Below are positions 9,376 to 18,909 of a stretch of 23,481 nt of DNA, one piece after another. This stretch comes from a virus, in the UHGV virus genome UHGV-0138297, one strand, 5' to 3'. The notes beneath the pieces are model-generated. The model was not told where the DNA came from and made no database searches. It worked only from the letters and a program-made list of their open reading frames with translations. The translations under genes and the position numbers were made by a program. Within the stretch, counting starts at the first letter, position 1. Every line of letters begins with the position of its first letter.

Positions 9376-9400
9376 AATAAAAATGGGGCCGAAGCCCCAC
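9376..9400 (-). terminator. Intrinsic terminator-like hairpin directly after the coat gene
   Basis: Minus-strand RNA reads GGGGC-UUCG-GCCCC followed by AUUUUUAUU. It starts 5 nt after the coat stop and precedes the RBS of the small ORF. Confidence 0.5.
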
Positions 9401-9405
9401 CAAAA

Positions 9406-10659
9406 TTACTGCCCGGCAATAACGATGCCCGTATATTCAGGAACAAGTACAGAGCAACCGTACAGGGTGGTGAAACGCGCAGTGGTTACACCTTTGATGT
9501 GGTCGAAGGCGTAAGACATGATCAGCGTAGCGCCCTGCTCGGTGGTTGCTGTCATTACCTGTGGACCCTGACCAGTCGGGAACGCCAGCTTGCCGTACAT
9601 CAGTTCAACAGAACCATCAGCCCAGAACAGGTTAGCCGGTGCGGCATTTTTGTTGAGAATGGTGATTGCTGCGCTACTTGCCGCATTAGCATCAACGTTT
9701 GCATATGGTCGGCTGGCGACATCCGCGTTGTCAGGCGGCAGAATTTTCGGGGAGATAGTTACTGTCGTTCCGCTTACTGCCAGAACGCGGAATACCTGCG
9801 GCTGCCCGGTGGTATCTTTGGTGATCTGGTGTACAGAATTCACCCCTGCGATGGTAAACGCATCGCCAACCTGCAAACCTTCAGCAGATACCGTAATGGT
9901 CCCCTGTCGGTTATCCACTGGCATATCGTTAGCATCTTTGGCTTCAACCTTGTGCGCAGGTGCTGCTGCCAGCGTAATGGAAGTTGCTGTACCCTTCGGA
10001 ACACGACCAGAAATATCGGTCTTGTAGCTATCGAAGGACGCAACCGGAGGGATTTGCGCTTTTTCGTATGCTGTCAGGGTTGCGCCCTGAGCATAGGCAC
10101 GGTGACCAAGCTCGCCAGCAAGGTCTTTGTAGTTGAAGGGGTTCCAGAAAGAGCGACGGTTGATACCCTGAGGTACACCAATCGCCGTCATGGTGGCATC
10201 AATACCTGCCGCACAGTTCCACAAATCACGGCCCTGTGAACCTGTGGTTGAGTCAGCCATCGTGATCACGTTAGTAGCACGCTGCGTAACCATGGAAATC
10301 AGGTCAGAGTCAATCTGTGCAGCAAGGCGCATACCTGCGGCGCGACCAGCTTCAGTTTTATGTTCCGGGTCACGCATTTCACGCGCATCCAGAGTGTACA
10401 GAATGTTTTTCGGCTCCTTGAACACAGAAGGAACAAGGCGCTGAACCAGTGCTGTTGGCGTTTTGCCGCTGAGGTCTAGGCCTTCCTCAATGTTCATGTG
10501 GTAATGCTGCGGACGATACAGAACATCACCTGCTCGCTGCATTGCTGTATCACCGGGACGGAATTTTTTAGCGTTACGGGAAACTACGCAGGCGGCCTCA
10601 AAGCCTTCAACGTAGTTTTCGAACATGATTTCAAGGTCTTTTGCTAATTGGTTAGCCAT
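9406..10659 (-). CDS. Major capsid (coat) protein, P22 gp5-like
   Basis: 417 aa, located after the scaffold gene. The C-terminal region has a motif pattern like P22 coat (NLFWADGSVELM versus NVFWADDAIRIV); otherwise divergent. Confidence 0.88.
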   Translation of the reverse strand: MANQLAKDLEIMFENYVEGFEAACVVSRNAKKFRPGDTAMQRAGDVLYRPQHYHMNIEEGLDLSGKTPTALVQRLVPSVFKEPKNILYTLDAREMRDPEHKTEAGRAAGMRLAAQIDSDLISMVTQRATNVITMADSTTGSQGRDLWNCAAGIDATMTAIGVPQGINRRSFWNPFNYKDLAGELGHRAYAQGATLTAYEKAQIPPVASFDSYKTDISGRVPKGTATSITLAAAPAHKVEAKDANDMPVDNRQGTITVSAEGLQVGDAFTIAGVNSVHQITKDTTGQPQVFRVLAVSGTTVTISPKILPPDNADVASRPYANVDANAASSAAITILNKNAAPANLFWADGSVELMYGKLAFPTGQGPQVMTATTEQGATLIMSYAFDHIKGVTTARFTTLYGCSVLVPEYTGIVIAGQ

Positions 10660-10677
10660 GCTTAATGCTCCGATAGG

Positions 10678-11571
10678 TTATTTTTTTGCCTTTTTAGCGG
10701 CGAAATACGGCGTCCAGTCACCAGTTTCCAGCGCCTTGGCTTTCAGTTTGTCGAGGTTGTTGATTACTGCGCCGTTGCTCCCCTTAACTGTCGGGGTTGT
10801 GGCTGCCGTGGTTTTTGCTTTTGGCATGATTCTGGCCTTCGATTCGATACGTTCCAGCAGACGACCAATTGCTACGGGGTTGGTAGCTTCTGCCAGTTGC
10901 TTGCGCAGTTCAGCGTTGCGACCGAGTGCCAGAACAACGATTTCCGGCTTCTCTGACTCAAACAAGATCGCGTTTTGTGTCTCGATGGGGATTTCCTCGA
11001 GTACGGTCTGCTCAGCTTCCTGATAGCCAGGAACTTTGAGAGCCTTAACACGTTGCTGATATTTGGATAATCGCTCTTGATAGGCAGCCTGAAGCTCCTG
11101 CTCCTTCTGCTTGCGAGCCATCTCCTGTTGCTGGTACTTGCCGTTATCCTCTGCCCACTTAGCCATGCGTTGCTGGTAGATTTCTTCATCGAAACCGATG
11201 TCCTCATCATCCAGTTTTGGCATTCGCGGTGGTTGAGTGATTACCGGCTGCTGCTCGACGGGTTTCTGAGACTGACGCATCAGCTCTTTCAGCTCGCGGT
11301 CCTTCTCTTTAATCGTCTTGCGCAGGTGTTTTACCAGTCCATGCTCTGCGCCATCTTCGCTGGTTGGCGAATCCAGCTTTTCGTCACCAAAGTAGAATTC
11401 CTGTTCTGATTCGTCGTCATCAGTTTCAGTAGCTTCCTCTGCATCATTGCCGGAGGACTCACTGCCATCTTCTGTTTCGACTTCTTCAGCCAGTTCGACA
11501 TCATCAGGAATCTGCTCTGACGCGTCGGTTTCGATTTCAACTTCTGGTGTGTTTTCTGCCATCTGGTCCAT
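10678..11571 (-). CDS. Scaffolding protein, P22 gp8-like
   Basis: 297 aa with a highly acidic N-terminus and a charged helical remainder. Positioned between portal and coat. Confidence 0.82.
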   Translation of the reverse strand: MDQMAENTPEVEIETDASEQIPDDVELAEEVETEDGSESSGNDAEEATETDDDESEQEFYFGDEKLDSPTSEDGAEHGLVKHLRKTIKEKDRELKELMRQSQKPVEQQPVITQPPRMPKLDDEDIGFDEEIYQQRMAKWAEDNGKYQQQEMARKQKEQELQAAYQERLSKYQQRVKALKVPGYQEAEQTVLEEIPIETQNAILFESEKPEIVVLALGRNAELRKQLAEATNPVAIGRLLERIESKARIMPKAKTTAATTPTVKGSNGAVINNLDKLKAKALETGDWTPYFAAKKAKK

Positions 11572-11661
11572 TTGTTACCCCTGTTTACTCGATGTTCAGC
11601 CCATCGGAAGGCAATAGGGTGCCAGGCCTCATAAAGACAGCCATTGCACGTTATGGGTTAA

Positions 11662-13860
11662 TTACTGCTGTGGTTGTTGCTGAGTTGATTTTTGCAGGAT
11701 GCTGCTGATGTCCATGCGCTGCGCATGGCCCTGTGCCTGACTTTTCAGGACAAGCTCCGCATCAGCACGGGCATTGTCTCCTTGCTGTTGCTGGAACTGT
11801 CCGAGCAGTTTCAGAGCCTCGCGGATATCAGATTTCTGCTGGCTATCGGCAGATGCGAGGATTTTCACAACATTTGCCGCTGCAACCTGAGCATCAGTCT
11901 GTGCCTGGAATGCTTTAACCTGAATGGCTGCCTGTTCGTTCTGCGCTTTCTGCAATTCAGCCTGACCAGCAAGAAGCTGACCTTGCGCAGCAACCATAGC
12001 CGGATCCGGCTGACTGGCCTGTTGTTGTTTCGCCTGCTCAACCATCTGCTGTTCTTCTGGTGTTCTCGGCTTAATAACGCCAGACAGAAGCAACTGATTG
12101 CGGTTGTATTCTTTAAGGTCGTCCATCCCTTCGCCGTCCATATTGTCGAGAATCATCGACGATACAAGGTCATGCTTCGGCGTTCCTGGCGGGATAAGTG
12201 CCAGCATGGAAAGTAACGACTTAACCGTTGCATCACGGCGAGTAGCGAACGACTGACCGACATCGACAGTCACTTCATAGTTACCCTGCGAAAGGTCGTT
12301 AAGCGCGATAACCTGCCCTGTCTGACGGTCAACCACTTCACCAGTCATCAGCGCCACGTCATCGCTGCCGTCCTCATTAACGATGCGCATTGGCGTATCG
12401 CTGCCATAGACTTCACGCGCCATAGAAAGCCACACAACGCCAGCGCGGCGCATGGATTTAGCCATGTTGTCCATGTAGATATAGGACTGCGTGTCCATCC
12501 GGTTAAAAATGCTATCAACGGTATCGGTGGCGACGTTGCTCGGCATGTTCTCAAGCTGCGACGCACCTGTAATTTGCTGAATAGCCGTTCCGGTGTACTG
12601 CAATAGCCCGGCAAGAGCAGGAGGCATTTGTGTTGGAGGAGTCCAGCCAGCAACCTGAGCCTCTGAAATGACTGTTCCGTTTTTGTCCTTCTTGCTGGTC
12701 ATAGGAAGAACTGCTGGTCTTTTCTTATTCCTCTCTGCCCAGTGATTCATTAATGGACCGGGAATGAAATCAACATCCACGATAGGAATGCCATCACCGC
12801 CAGCCTGAGTAGCGTTATCTGCAATCATGGAAACCATCAGGTTCTCAAGACGCTGTGCATCCATCGCTTTTGCTGCGTGGCCTTCAATTCGCTCCTGATT
12901 ATCAACAAATGAGCGACGCCCATATACCGGGATGAGAGGAATATGTTCACCCGGAATACGCTTCGGTTCTTCCAGCCATTCAGCGCCAGACAGAAGACCG
13001 CAATAAACGCGGCGCTTCTTCACCGTTCGCTCGCCAATCAGTTCGAATGCACCATCGGTCAGCTCGTCGACAATATCTTTGATTTGCTCTTCATCATAGA
13101 TTGCCGTTTCTCCGCTAACAGGGTTGCGCCACGCCGTGAGCTTCACCTTCTCTATGCGAACTTCGTAGTAGCGTCCAACATAGATGGCATCGGGCGTTGA
13201 CCAGTCATATTGAGTGCCAGTGTCATCACGAGAAAGGCTTGCCGCGATGGAATCAGGGTATTCAGCCTCGAACGCTTTAGGCGTCATGGAGAACATTTCC
13301 ATAGCCCACATAGCATCAGAGCGGTCATATTGCTTGCTGTCCTGATCGAAGAAGACGCATGTCGCTGGGTCGTAAACAGGAAGAAGACTGATGCGTCGCT
13401 GCTCGTTACTCGGATCCATTTCATCTTCGTAATCGGCACACATGCGGAAACAACCGAATCCGCCCGTTACAGCATCATCAAATGCGTTATCACACGCTTC
13501 GCCACCGGATGTTTCCTGATAGTCAGCGCGGAATTTGCCGTTCATTTTTTCGGCTAACGCTTCCGATGCCTTGTCATCCTTAGGCCTGAACTTAACGCTG
13601 ATGCGATTCTGTCGATACTCGCCAATGATGCGATCACATTCACGGGCAATCTTATTCAGTTCAAAGCGCGGGTAATGCTCAAACCTGCCTTCATCAAATG
13701 AGTAACCAGCGTTTGTGCTGCCTTCCCACTGTGCGCCGGATACCCGGACGAAACGTTGAGCCTCAATAATCTGCTCACGCATATCCTGCGTTGCTGACCA
13801 GGCATTATCAAAGTTGCACAGCACCTTGCGATGCCAGTCAGTCATCTTTTTTTCTGCCAT
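11662..13860 (-). CDS. Portal protein, P22 gp1-like
   Basis: 732 aa. Several blocks match P22 portal as I recall it (RRVY, GEHIP.IPV.G, PDPAMV.AQG.LL.GQAEL.KAQN, RMDI) and it has the long Gln-rich C-terminal helix. The start is 1 nt after the terL stop. Confidence 0.93.
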   Translation of the reverse strand: MAEKKMTDWHRKVLCNFDNAWSATQDMREQIIEAQRFVRVSGAQWEGSTNAGYSFDEGRFEHYPRFELNKIARECDRIIGEYRQNRISVKFRPKDDKASEALAEKMNGKFRADYQETSGGEACDNAFDDAVTGGFGCFRMCADYEDEMDPSNEQRRISLLPVYDPATCVFFDQDSKQYDRSDAMWAMEMFSMTPKAFEAEYPDSIAASLSRDDTGTQYDWSTPDAIYVGRYYEVRIEKVKLTAWRNPVSGETAIYDEEQIKDIVDELTDGAFELIGERTVKKRRVYCGLLSGAEWLEEPKRIPGEHIPLIPVYGRRSFVDNQERIEGHAAKAMDAQRLENLMVSMIADNATQAGGDGIPIVDVDFIPGPLMNHWAERNKKRPAVLPMTSKKDKNGTVISEAQVAGWTPPTQMPPALAGLLQYTGTAIQQITGASQLENMPSNVATDTVDSIFNRMDTQSYIYMDNMAKSMRRAGVVWLSMAREVYGSDTPMRIVNEDGSDDVALMTGEVVDRQTGQVIALNDLSQGNYEVTVDVGQSFATRRDATVKSLLSMLALIPPGTPKHDLVSSMILDNMDGEGMDDLKEYNRNQLLLSGVIKPRTPEEQQMVEQAKQQQASQPDPAMVAAQGQLLAGQAELQKAQNEQAAIQVKAFQAQTDAQVAAANVVKILASADSQQKSDIREALKLLGQFQQQQGDNARADAELVLKSQAQGHAQRMDISSILQKSTQQQPQQ

Positions 13861-13861
13861 A

Positions 13862-15340
13862 TCAACCTACACCACAAGGAATTGAGTAACTGGAATAGTC
13901 GGGTTGCGAAGCCGACTCCGGGCAATGCATACACATCATCAGCGCATCAGCCAGGTTAGGAGATGGAATACCGAGCTTCTGCTTCATTTCGACTTTGGTC
14001 ATCAGCTCAAGCTTTCCGTTACCGTTGAATTTGCGTTGGATCTGCGTTAGCTCTGCGAATAGCTTGTTGAGGATATTCTCTCCAATAGCCTCTTTGTCAA
14101 AGCTAAGCATTTCATCAGGGTCGGCGTATTCACCATGCTCTACCGCCCGGTATGTTCGATAAAGCCTGTCAGCCAGCGTGTAATAGAACTGCGCTCGCTT
14201 GTTTCGGAATACATCTCCAATAGTGCGGACGTTATCACCCTGCACAACTTCATCAGTCCATGCCCCAGCCTGATATGGAGCATCTTCGTCGAATGGCGAT
14301 TCACTACCTTTAAACATTGTTACGGTGACTTTCTTTCCACTGAAATAGTCTGTTATCTGTCGACGAAGCCCTGCTCCAAGTCCATCTCCATCAAACAGGA
14401 AATGATCAACATCATCGATTACCGCCAATGAAGATGCCCAATCAGCACCCTCGTTTATATCCATGAGCAGCCCTTCACATACGCGCTTAACAACTGATCC
14501 ATGTCGCACTGCATATCCTTTGGCATCTGGGCCGGTGTCTGACGGGTCATGCGCTGCAATCACTGCACCTTTAGCTTTCCATCCGAGCTTAATGTGGGCG
14601 TCTGTTGCAGCCTCTAACCATGCAAACTTGATAATAGCCATTTCTGATGCCCCCACCGGTTCACCAAGATACACATGCCGATAAAGCTCGTGATTAGCCT
14701 TCTTCATAATCTCCATATCCCTGCGGAGAGTTTCCGGGAACCATGGATTAGCTGTGTAGTTGATCTGCTTGACGATGCAGTAGCGATTACCGTTTTCGTC
14801 ATAGTCGGGGTATATGCGATTCGTAACAAAGCGCTGATGTGTATCGCTGAGTCTGTTCTTCGGGTTGTATGCAACCCATATTTCCGACTCAACCACTCGA
14901 CCATACTCAGCGCTGTAGAACTCTTTACGTACCGTTGGGATAAGCGTTTCCCATGAGTCCTTTGATACGTTTTCTGCTTCCTCTACAAGGGCGGCATCGA
15001 AGTTTGCGTAACCTTTGATATTTTCCACGTTAAGGCGCAGGAAGTCGAAACTGATACGTCCGCCGCTATTGGCAAATATCTCTGTCTTATTGATAGTCAC
15101 CAGTGAGTGGAGGTTTCGGCGGTTAATCTCTTCAACAATTTCCGCATAGCATGATTCCTTGATGGACTTCATGTACTCACGAAAACAGATAAGCTTCCAT
15201 CCGTGATAGATGACGTTATTGAGGAGGATTGTTATGAACGTTCGCGTCTTGGCGGAACCTCGCCCGCCATAAGCTACCTTGAATCTGGCTGGCTGCAGGT
15301 ATTCCTCAAACGCTTCAGGAATGCTGCATTGCTCTGTCAT
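13862..15340 (-). CDS. Terminase large subunit
   Basis: 492 aa with Walker A motif GGRGSAKT near the N-terminus. Overlaps terS by 4 nt. Confidence 0.93.
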   Translation of the reverse strand: MTEQCSIPEAFEEYLQPARFKVAYGGRGSAKTRTFITILLNNVIYHGWKLICFREYMKSIKESCYAEIVEEINRRNLHSLVTINKTEIFANSGGRISFDFLRLNVENIKGYANFDAALVEEAENVSKDSWETLIPTVRKEFYSAEYGRVVESEIWVAYNPKNRLSDTHQRFVTNRIYPDYDENGNRYCIVKQINYTANPWFPETLRRDMEIMKKANHELYRHVYLGEPVGASEMAIIKFAWLEAATDAHIKLGWKAKGAVIAAHDPSDTGPDAKGYAVRHGSVVKRVCEGLLMDINEGADWASSLAVIDDVDHFLFDGDGLGAGLRRQITDYFSGKKVTVTMFKGSESPFDEDAPYQAGAWTDEVVQGDNVRTIGDVFRNKRAQFYYTLADRLYRTYRAVEHGEYADPDEMLSFDKEAIGENILNKLFAELTQIQRKFNGNGKLELMTKVEMKQKLGIPSPNLADALMMCMHCPESASQPDYSSYSIPCGVG

Positions 15341-15780
15341 TGCGTCTCGCTTTTTACAATGTTATACACTGGAGCTTTTGGAGCCATGGAGCCGTCATCA
15401 GATGTATGGTTGACGTCCTGCTTCTCTCGCCATTTATCTTTCTGTCTGTTCTTGAGCCAGAAGATGGCGGCAGTTGTATCAGGCGGGTAATACTTCTTAA
15501 GCGGAGTTTCGACAATTCTGTTTTCAATAACACGAATATCGATGTCTGGAGCCACGAAGCCCATAGCGCGTTGATAAAGACGGTCACTAACTTCTGCATC
15601 AGCGACGGCCTTACCCTTTTTTATGGACTCCGAAAACTTAGGATAATCAAGCTTCCACTTGTTAATAGTTGACTCACTGACTTCAAAGAAATCAGCAAGT
15701 TCTGCGTCTGTATAGCCCAGCAAGCACAGTTTGCGTGCCTGTTCGGCATACGCCTCTTGATACTTTGTTGGGCGCGCCAT
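15337..15780 (-). CDS. Terminase small subunit
   Basis: 147-aa ORF immediately upstream of, and overlapping, terL. Predicted HTH-like N-terminal region. Confidence 0.8.
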   Translation of the reverse strand: MARPTKYQEAYAEQARKLCLLGYTDAELADFFEVSESTINKWKLDYPKFSESIKKGKAVADAEVSDRLYQRAMGFVAPDIDIRVIENRIVETPLKKYYPPDTTAAIFWLKNRQKDKWREKQDVNHTSDDGSMAPKAPVYNIVKSETQ

Positions 15781-15782
15781 GT

Positions 15783-16025
15783 TTATGCTCCGGTAGTGAA
15801 CAGGTCTAACGCTTCCTTCGATTTACGCACCGCTTCGATAGTGCGGGTCGTGATATCCGAATTAGCGCCGCCTGACTGGAAGTGAATTTTGAATAGCTCA
15901 AGCTTCAGCTCGTCAGTGCCAATGAACTGAAATGCTTCTTCTGCGGCTGCGTTCTGGTTCATGACCAGTTTGTAAATCTCTAACTGGAATTTCTGTTCTT
16001 CAGTCATGGGAATAATCTCTGCCAT
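15783..16025 (-). CDS. Hypothetical protein
   Basis: 80-aa ORF whose stop is 3 nt before the terS start. No recognisable family. Confidence 0.55.
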   Translation of the reverse strand: MAEIIPMTEEQKFQLEIYKLVMNQNAAAEEAFQFIGTDELKLELFKIHFQSGGANSDITTRTIEAVRKSKEALDLFTTGA

Positions 16026-16128
16026 TGTTGGCTCCGTTTATCCGTTAAAAGGGATATCAGTTAAGTTATCCCGTGTAGGGTATAAGCCATTATCAAAGCC
16101 ACTCTGTAGGGAATGGCTTTTGTAATAA

Positions 16129-16500
16129 CTACTGTTCGCTTAGCTTCTGCTTCAGCAAGTAACCTTCAAGCATCCAGATTTTGTTTACAGCATTCTGCCG
16201 GGCAATCTTCCGACCAATTTCTGCATCAAAATTTTCCGGACTTGCACAGGCACTCTCTCCGGTGACGGTGAAGCCGTTGCGCAGCACCAGGACGCAGAAC
16301 GTCAGCAGAGAAAGTGATTCGTGCGGCTGGTAGTTTACCTCTCCGCCAGTATGTTTCGCTTTTATGGCTTTGCCAAAGGCACCATCCTCTGCTGTGAAAT
16401 ATGCCTCCTGAGCAATAATTCCTTCGATATGGTCTGGCGTAACGCGCGGTGCCGTTTTGCCTTTCTCAACGATTTCTTTTTCGATTTGCTGGTCGTTCAT
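16129..16500 (-). CDS. Phage protein, probably N4 Gp49 / Sf6 gp66 family
   Basis: 123-aa ORF upstream of terS. The family call is from memory of the sequence pattern and is not certain. Confidence 0.65.
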   Translation of the reverse strand: MNDQQIEKEIVEKGKTAPRVTPDHIEGIIAQEAYFTAEDGAFGKAIKAKHTGGEVNYQPHESLSLLTFCVLVLRNGFTVTGESACASPENFDAEIGRKIARQNAVNKIWMLEGYLLKQKLSEQ

Positions 16501-16725
16501 AATTATGACCCTGTAGAGTGGTTGCTTGATTAGGATGTCTTTCCATCAGTCCGCCACCACAAAGAATCTTTTTTGCCATAAGGCAGGAGGTTCATCTTTC
16601 AGTGGCTGCCAGTGTTATTTCCCCACTTACTGGCTTGGGTTGTTTCGCGGTACTTCCGTAACTGGTTGCCCAGAATAAATTCCGGTTTCATTATCAAGCC
16701 CACCAGTAGATGGGCTTTGGAATGG

Positions 16726-16989
16726 CTACTTCACTTTTGCTTTTGCTTCCGCTCGCTTACGCCGGCGCTCTTCTTTCCTCTCGGCTTTTGCCATGTCCAT
16801 GAATGCCTGCATGATCGAGTTCCGCATCATGTAGCTAACAAAGTGATGATTGACACAGCCGTTTAGGCGCAGCTGCTCGCCAAACTCATCCACCGAGGCC
16901 AATGCTTCCATCATGCCCTTCTCGCCTTTCATGAACTCTGAGAAGTCGCGCCCCGCTCTGGAGGCGCATTCAATGACACGATCACTCAT
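16726..16989 (-). CDS. Hypothetical protein with basic C-terminal tail
   Basis: 87-aa ORF overlapping the KilA-N gene stop (ATGA). Lys/Arg/Glu-rich C-terminus. Confidence 0.5.
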   Translation of the reverse strand: MSDRVIECASRAGRDFSEFMKGEKGMMEALASVDEFGEQLRLNGCVNHHFVSYMMRNSIMQAFMDMAKAERKEERRRKRAEAKAKVK

Positions 16990-17483
16990 CCCGGAAGCCC
17001 GGGGATCGTAATCTGCAGCTGGTTAGCCAGGGAGTTAATCTCAGCGACCAACACTGGCTTCGTATAGCGCCATGCCGCCAGCCCTTGTCCGCAGAAACTC
17101 GCCATGTCTTTCTTCTGGTCAAACTCATGACATTTCATGTTGAGCTGCGCACTTAAGCTGTTGCGATGCTGAAGTTCTCCGGTGAAGTAGTCATCGAGGA
17201 CTTTATAGGCCGCGTACTTGAACCCGGGGTTTAACCAAGCCGCATAATCGTAAGCAACAAACTTCCCGCCATATGTTCCACCGTGTACACCGCGCTCAGT
17301 AAAAACCACAGATTCGTGGTTTTTCTCCAGCTCGGCTAAGAACTCTTTGGTCTGCTTGTTTCGCAGGTAGTGGTAAGGCGATTCAGATTCACTTTTACCA
17401 CTGGCTTTCCACATATCAGTGAGGCAGATCATGCCATCTTCACCGATACGAATTGGTTGATTGAAGAGGGTTAATGATTTCAT
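16986..17483 (-). CDS. KilA-N domain protein
   Basis: 165 aa. The N-terminal region (IRIGEDGMICLTDMWKASGK...) resembles the KilA-N DNA-binding domain. Confidence 0.75.
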   Translation of the reverse strand: MKSLTLFNQPIRIGEDGMICLTDMWKASGKSESESPYHYLRNKQTKEFLAELEKNHESVVFTERGVHGGTYGGKFVAYDYAAWLNPGFKYAAYKVLDDYFTGELQHRNSLSAQLNMKCHEFDQKKDMASFCGQGLAAWRYTKPVLVAEINSLANQLQITIPGLPG

Positions 17484-17598
17484 AGCGTGTACCTACTCTT
17501 TGAAATGAACCTTTGCCGCACAGGAAACCAGCCCACCGAGGCTCGCCAGCACTAACTGGTATCCTCAAAGGCCCATTCCAAAGGGGCAGGTTCGGTGT

Positions 17599-17652
17599 AA
17601 AAAACATGCGTTGCGGTACGCATTTATTGGAAAAAGCCCCGCATCGCGAGGC
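17599..17652 (-). terminator. Two tandem rho-independent terminators downstream of the lysis cassette
   Basis: On the minus strand: hairpin GCCUCGC-GAU-GCGGGGC followed by UUUUU (plus 17631-17652), and hairpin AUGCGU-ACCGCA-ACGCAU followed by GUUUUUU (plus 17599-17623). Confidence 0.55.
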
Positions 17653-17684
17653 TCATTAAATGGACTTTGTGATTTGCAAAAAAA

Positions 17685-18152
17685 TTATTTCAGGCATTGC
17701 GTCCTGATGTATTCCTGCAGGTAGTTAACCTGCGCGGTTATCTTGTCGATTCCACTTCGTAGACGGTAATAATTGAGTTCAGCATCTGCTGTAAGTCTTG
17801 GGCTTTCTCCATCGCCCATGCTGCTGGCTCCGGTCGTTGACTTTGCACAGGTGGCGGCGACTTGCAGCCGCTTACGGCCAGCAATGACATCGCTATGCAG
17901 ACGCTCAATGGTTTCTTTCGCATCAGCCAGTTCTCCGGTGTATTTGGCATCCAGTGCAGCGACATCACGCTGGCGGGTCTGCATGTCTTTAATGGTGGCG
18001 GTCGCCAGGAGGAGTTTCTCAGTGGCCTTATCGCGCTGGTCTCTGTAAGTGATGGCGTTGTCGCGGTAGTGGTTCACGAAGAAAGCCAGTGCGCCGATTA
18101 ACGCCAGCACCAGCAACTGCAGCCAGTAACGCTTAACCAGTGCGCTAATCAT
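17685..18152 (-). CDS. Rz: i-spanin Rz
   Basis: 155 aa, closely similar to lambda Rz as I recall it ([16 protein letters not shown].....[21 protein letters not shown]). N-terminal TM segment. ATGA overlap with the lysozyme gene. Confidence 0.9.
   Translation of the reverse strand: MISALVKRYWLQLLVLALIGALAFFVNHYRDNAITYRDQRDKATEKLLLATATIKDMQTRQRDVAALDAKYTGELADAKETIERLHSDVIAGRKRLQVAATCAKSTTGASSMGDGESPRLTADAELNYYRLRSGIDKITAQVNYLQEYIRTQCLK
17738..17923 (-). CDS. Rz1: o-spanin Rz1 (lipoprotein), embedded in the +1 frame of Rz
   Basis: Starts at the internal Met ([20 protein letters not shown]...), has a lipobox (VSGC) and a Pro-rich mature region. It lies entirely inside Rz. Confidence 0.78.
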   Translation of the reverse strand: MRKKPLSVCIAMSLLAVSGCKSPPPVQSQRPEPAAWAMEKAQDLQQMLNSIITVYEVESTR

Positions 18153-18598
18153 GACAGGAACAGAGCTCGCTCTGCCTTGCGGCGATTCGTGAGCCCCGGC
18201 ATCACCTTTCCGCCTGATTTATTCCAGCGCAGAAATTCATCTGCCGCGCCTTTTATATCGCCAGCATTCAGCTTTTTCAGCAGTGTAGATGTGGAAAGAG
18301 CACGCGACCCAACGTTGTAAGCGAACGACACCAGTGCGTCGAACTGGCCTTGTGTCAGCTTCACCCTGACAACTTTCAGCACGTCATTCTCATAACCAAC
18401 AAGCCCTGTTTTCAGAAGCCTGTCAGCGGTTTGCTGGTCGATAGTCATACCGCGCTTTACTGGCTTTCCGTCAACCGGATGGGTCCAGCCATAGCCGATG
18501 GTCCACGGCGCATCTCCCGTTCCGGGGTCTGGGTAAGCAGTCAGCCGACAACCTTCAAATTTTTTTATCAGAGCAATTCCGTCAGGACTGGTTTGCAT
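18149..18598 (-). CDS. Phage lysozyme (T4/P22 gp19-type, GH24)
   Basis: From the internal Met ([24 protein letters not shown]...) the protein matches the P22 gp19 pattern and ends ...[18 protein letters not shown] lies 6 nt upstream. The ATG sits inside the holin 3' end. The ORF-track start at 18670 is an upstream extension. Confidence 0.9.
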   Translation of the reverse strand: MQTSPDGIALIKKFEGCRLTAYPDPGTGDAPWTIGYGWTHPVDGKPVKRGMTIDQQTADRLLKTGLVGYENDVLKVVRVKLTQGQFDALVSFAYNVGSRALSTSTLLKKLNAGDIKGAADEFLRWNKSGGKVMPGLTNRRKAERALFLS

Positions 18599-18899
18599 CG
18601 TCAACTCCCGCCTTTTTTGCTGCAAGTTTTTTAATAAGATTGCCGATCGAATCGGTGCCGATGTATCCAATAAAGACGCTGGCTATGTAGGCGAGGTTGC
18701 TGCTCAGGCCGATAAAGTCCAGAAGGTCACGAACGAACCAGGCAATCATCGCGCACATCAGCGCATCAATTAGCGTTTTTGTTACCGCGCCGCCGTTATA
18801 GCGACCACGCAGATACGCCATGATAAAAGCCAGCATTGCACCAATACCCTGCTCCTTGGCGGCAAGTAGCGCAGCGATGAAATCTTGTTTGTATGGCAA
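18582..18899 (-). CDS. S: Class I holin, lambda S-like, probably TTG-initiated
   Basis: Sequence from ...[31 protein letters not shown]... to the C-terminus is near-identical to lambda S as I recall it. I place the start at TTG 18899 (SD GGAG 6 nt upstream, 10 nt after the HNH stop), which gives 105 aa. The alternative ATG at 18935 overlaps the HNH gene by 26 nt and adds a 12-residue Arg/Lys-rich extension. Confidence 0.85.
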   Translation of the reverse strand: MPYKQDFIAALLAAKEQGIGAMLAFIMAYLRGRYNGGAVTKTLIDALMCAMIAWFVRDLLDFIGLSSNLAYIASVFIGYIGTDSIGNLIKKLAAKKAGVDDANQS

Positions 18900-18909
18900 T
18901 TTTTTCTCC

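Noticed and set aside
9352-10239. 295-aa plus-strand ORF
   Set aside because: It lies entirely antisense to the well-supported coat gene. The translation is Cys/Arg-rich junk with no start signal, which is typical of a shadow ORF.
11692-12216. 174-aa plus-strand ORF (and the 61-aa ORF at 11733-11918)
   Set aside because: Antisense to the portal gene, with Leu/Arg/Cys-rich low-complexity translation and no RBS. Shadow ORFs.
16612-16866. 84-aa plus-strand ORF, and a ~41-codon minus-strand ORF starting at 16579
   Set aside because: The first is antisense to the 87-aa gene and the second runs out of frame into the Gp49-like gene. Neither has a convincing RBS with a proper start codon, and both translations are low-complexity.
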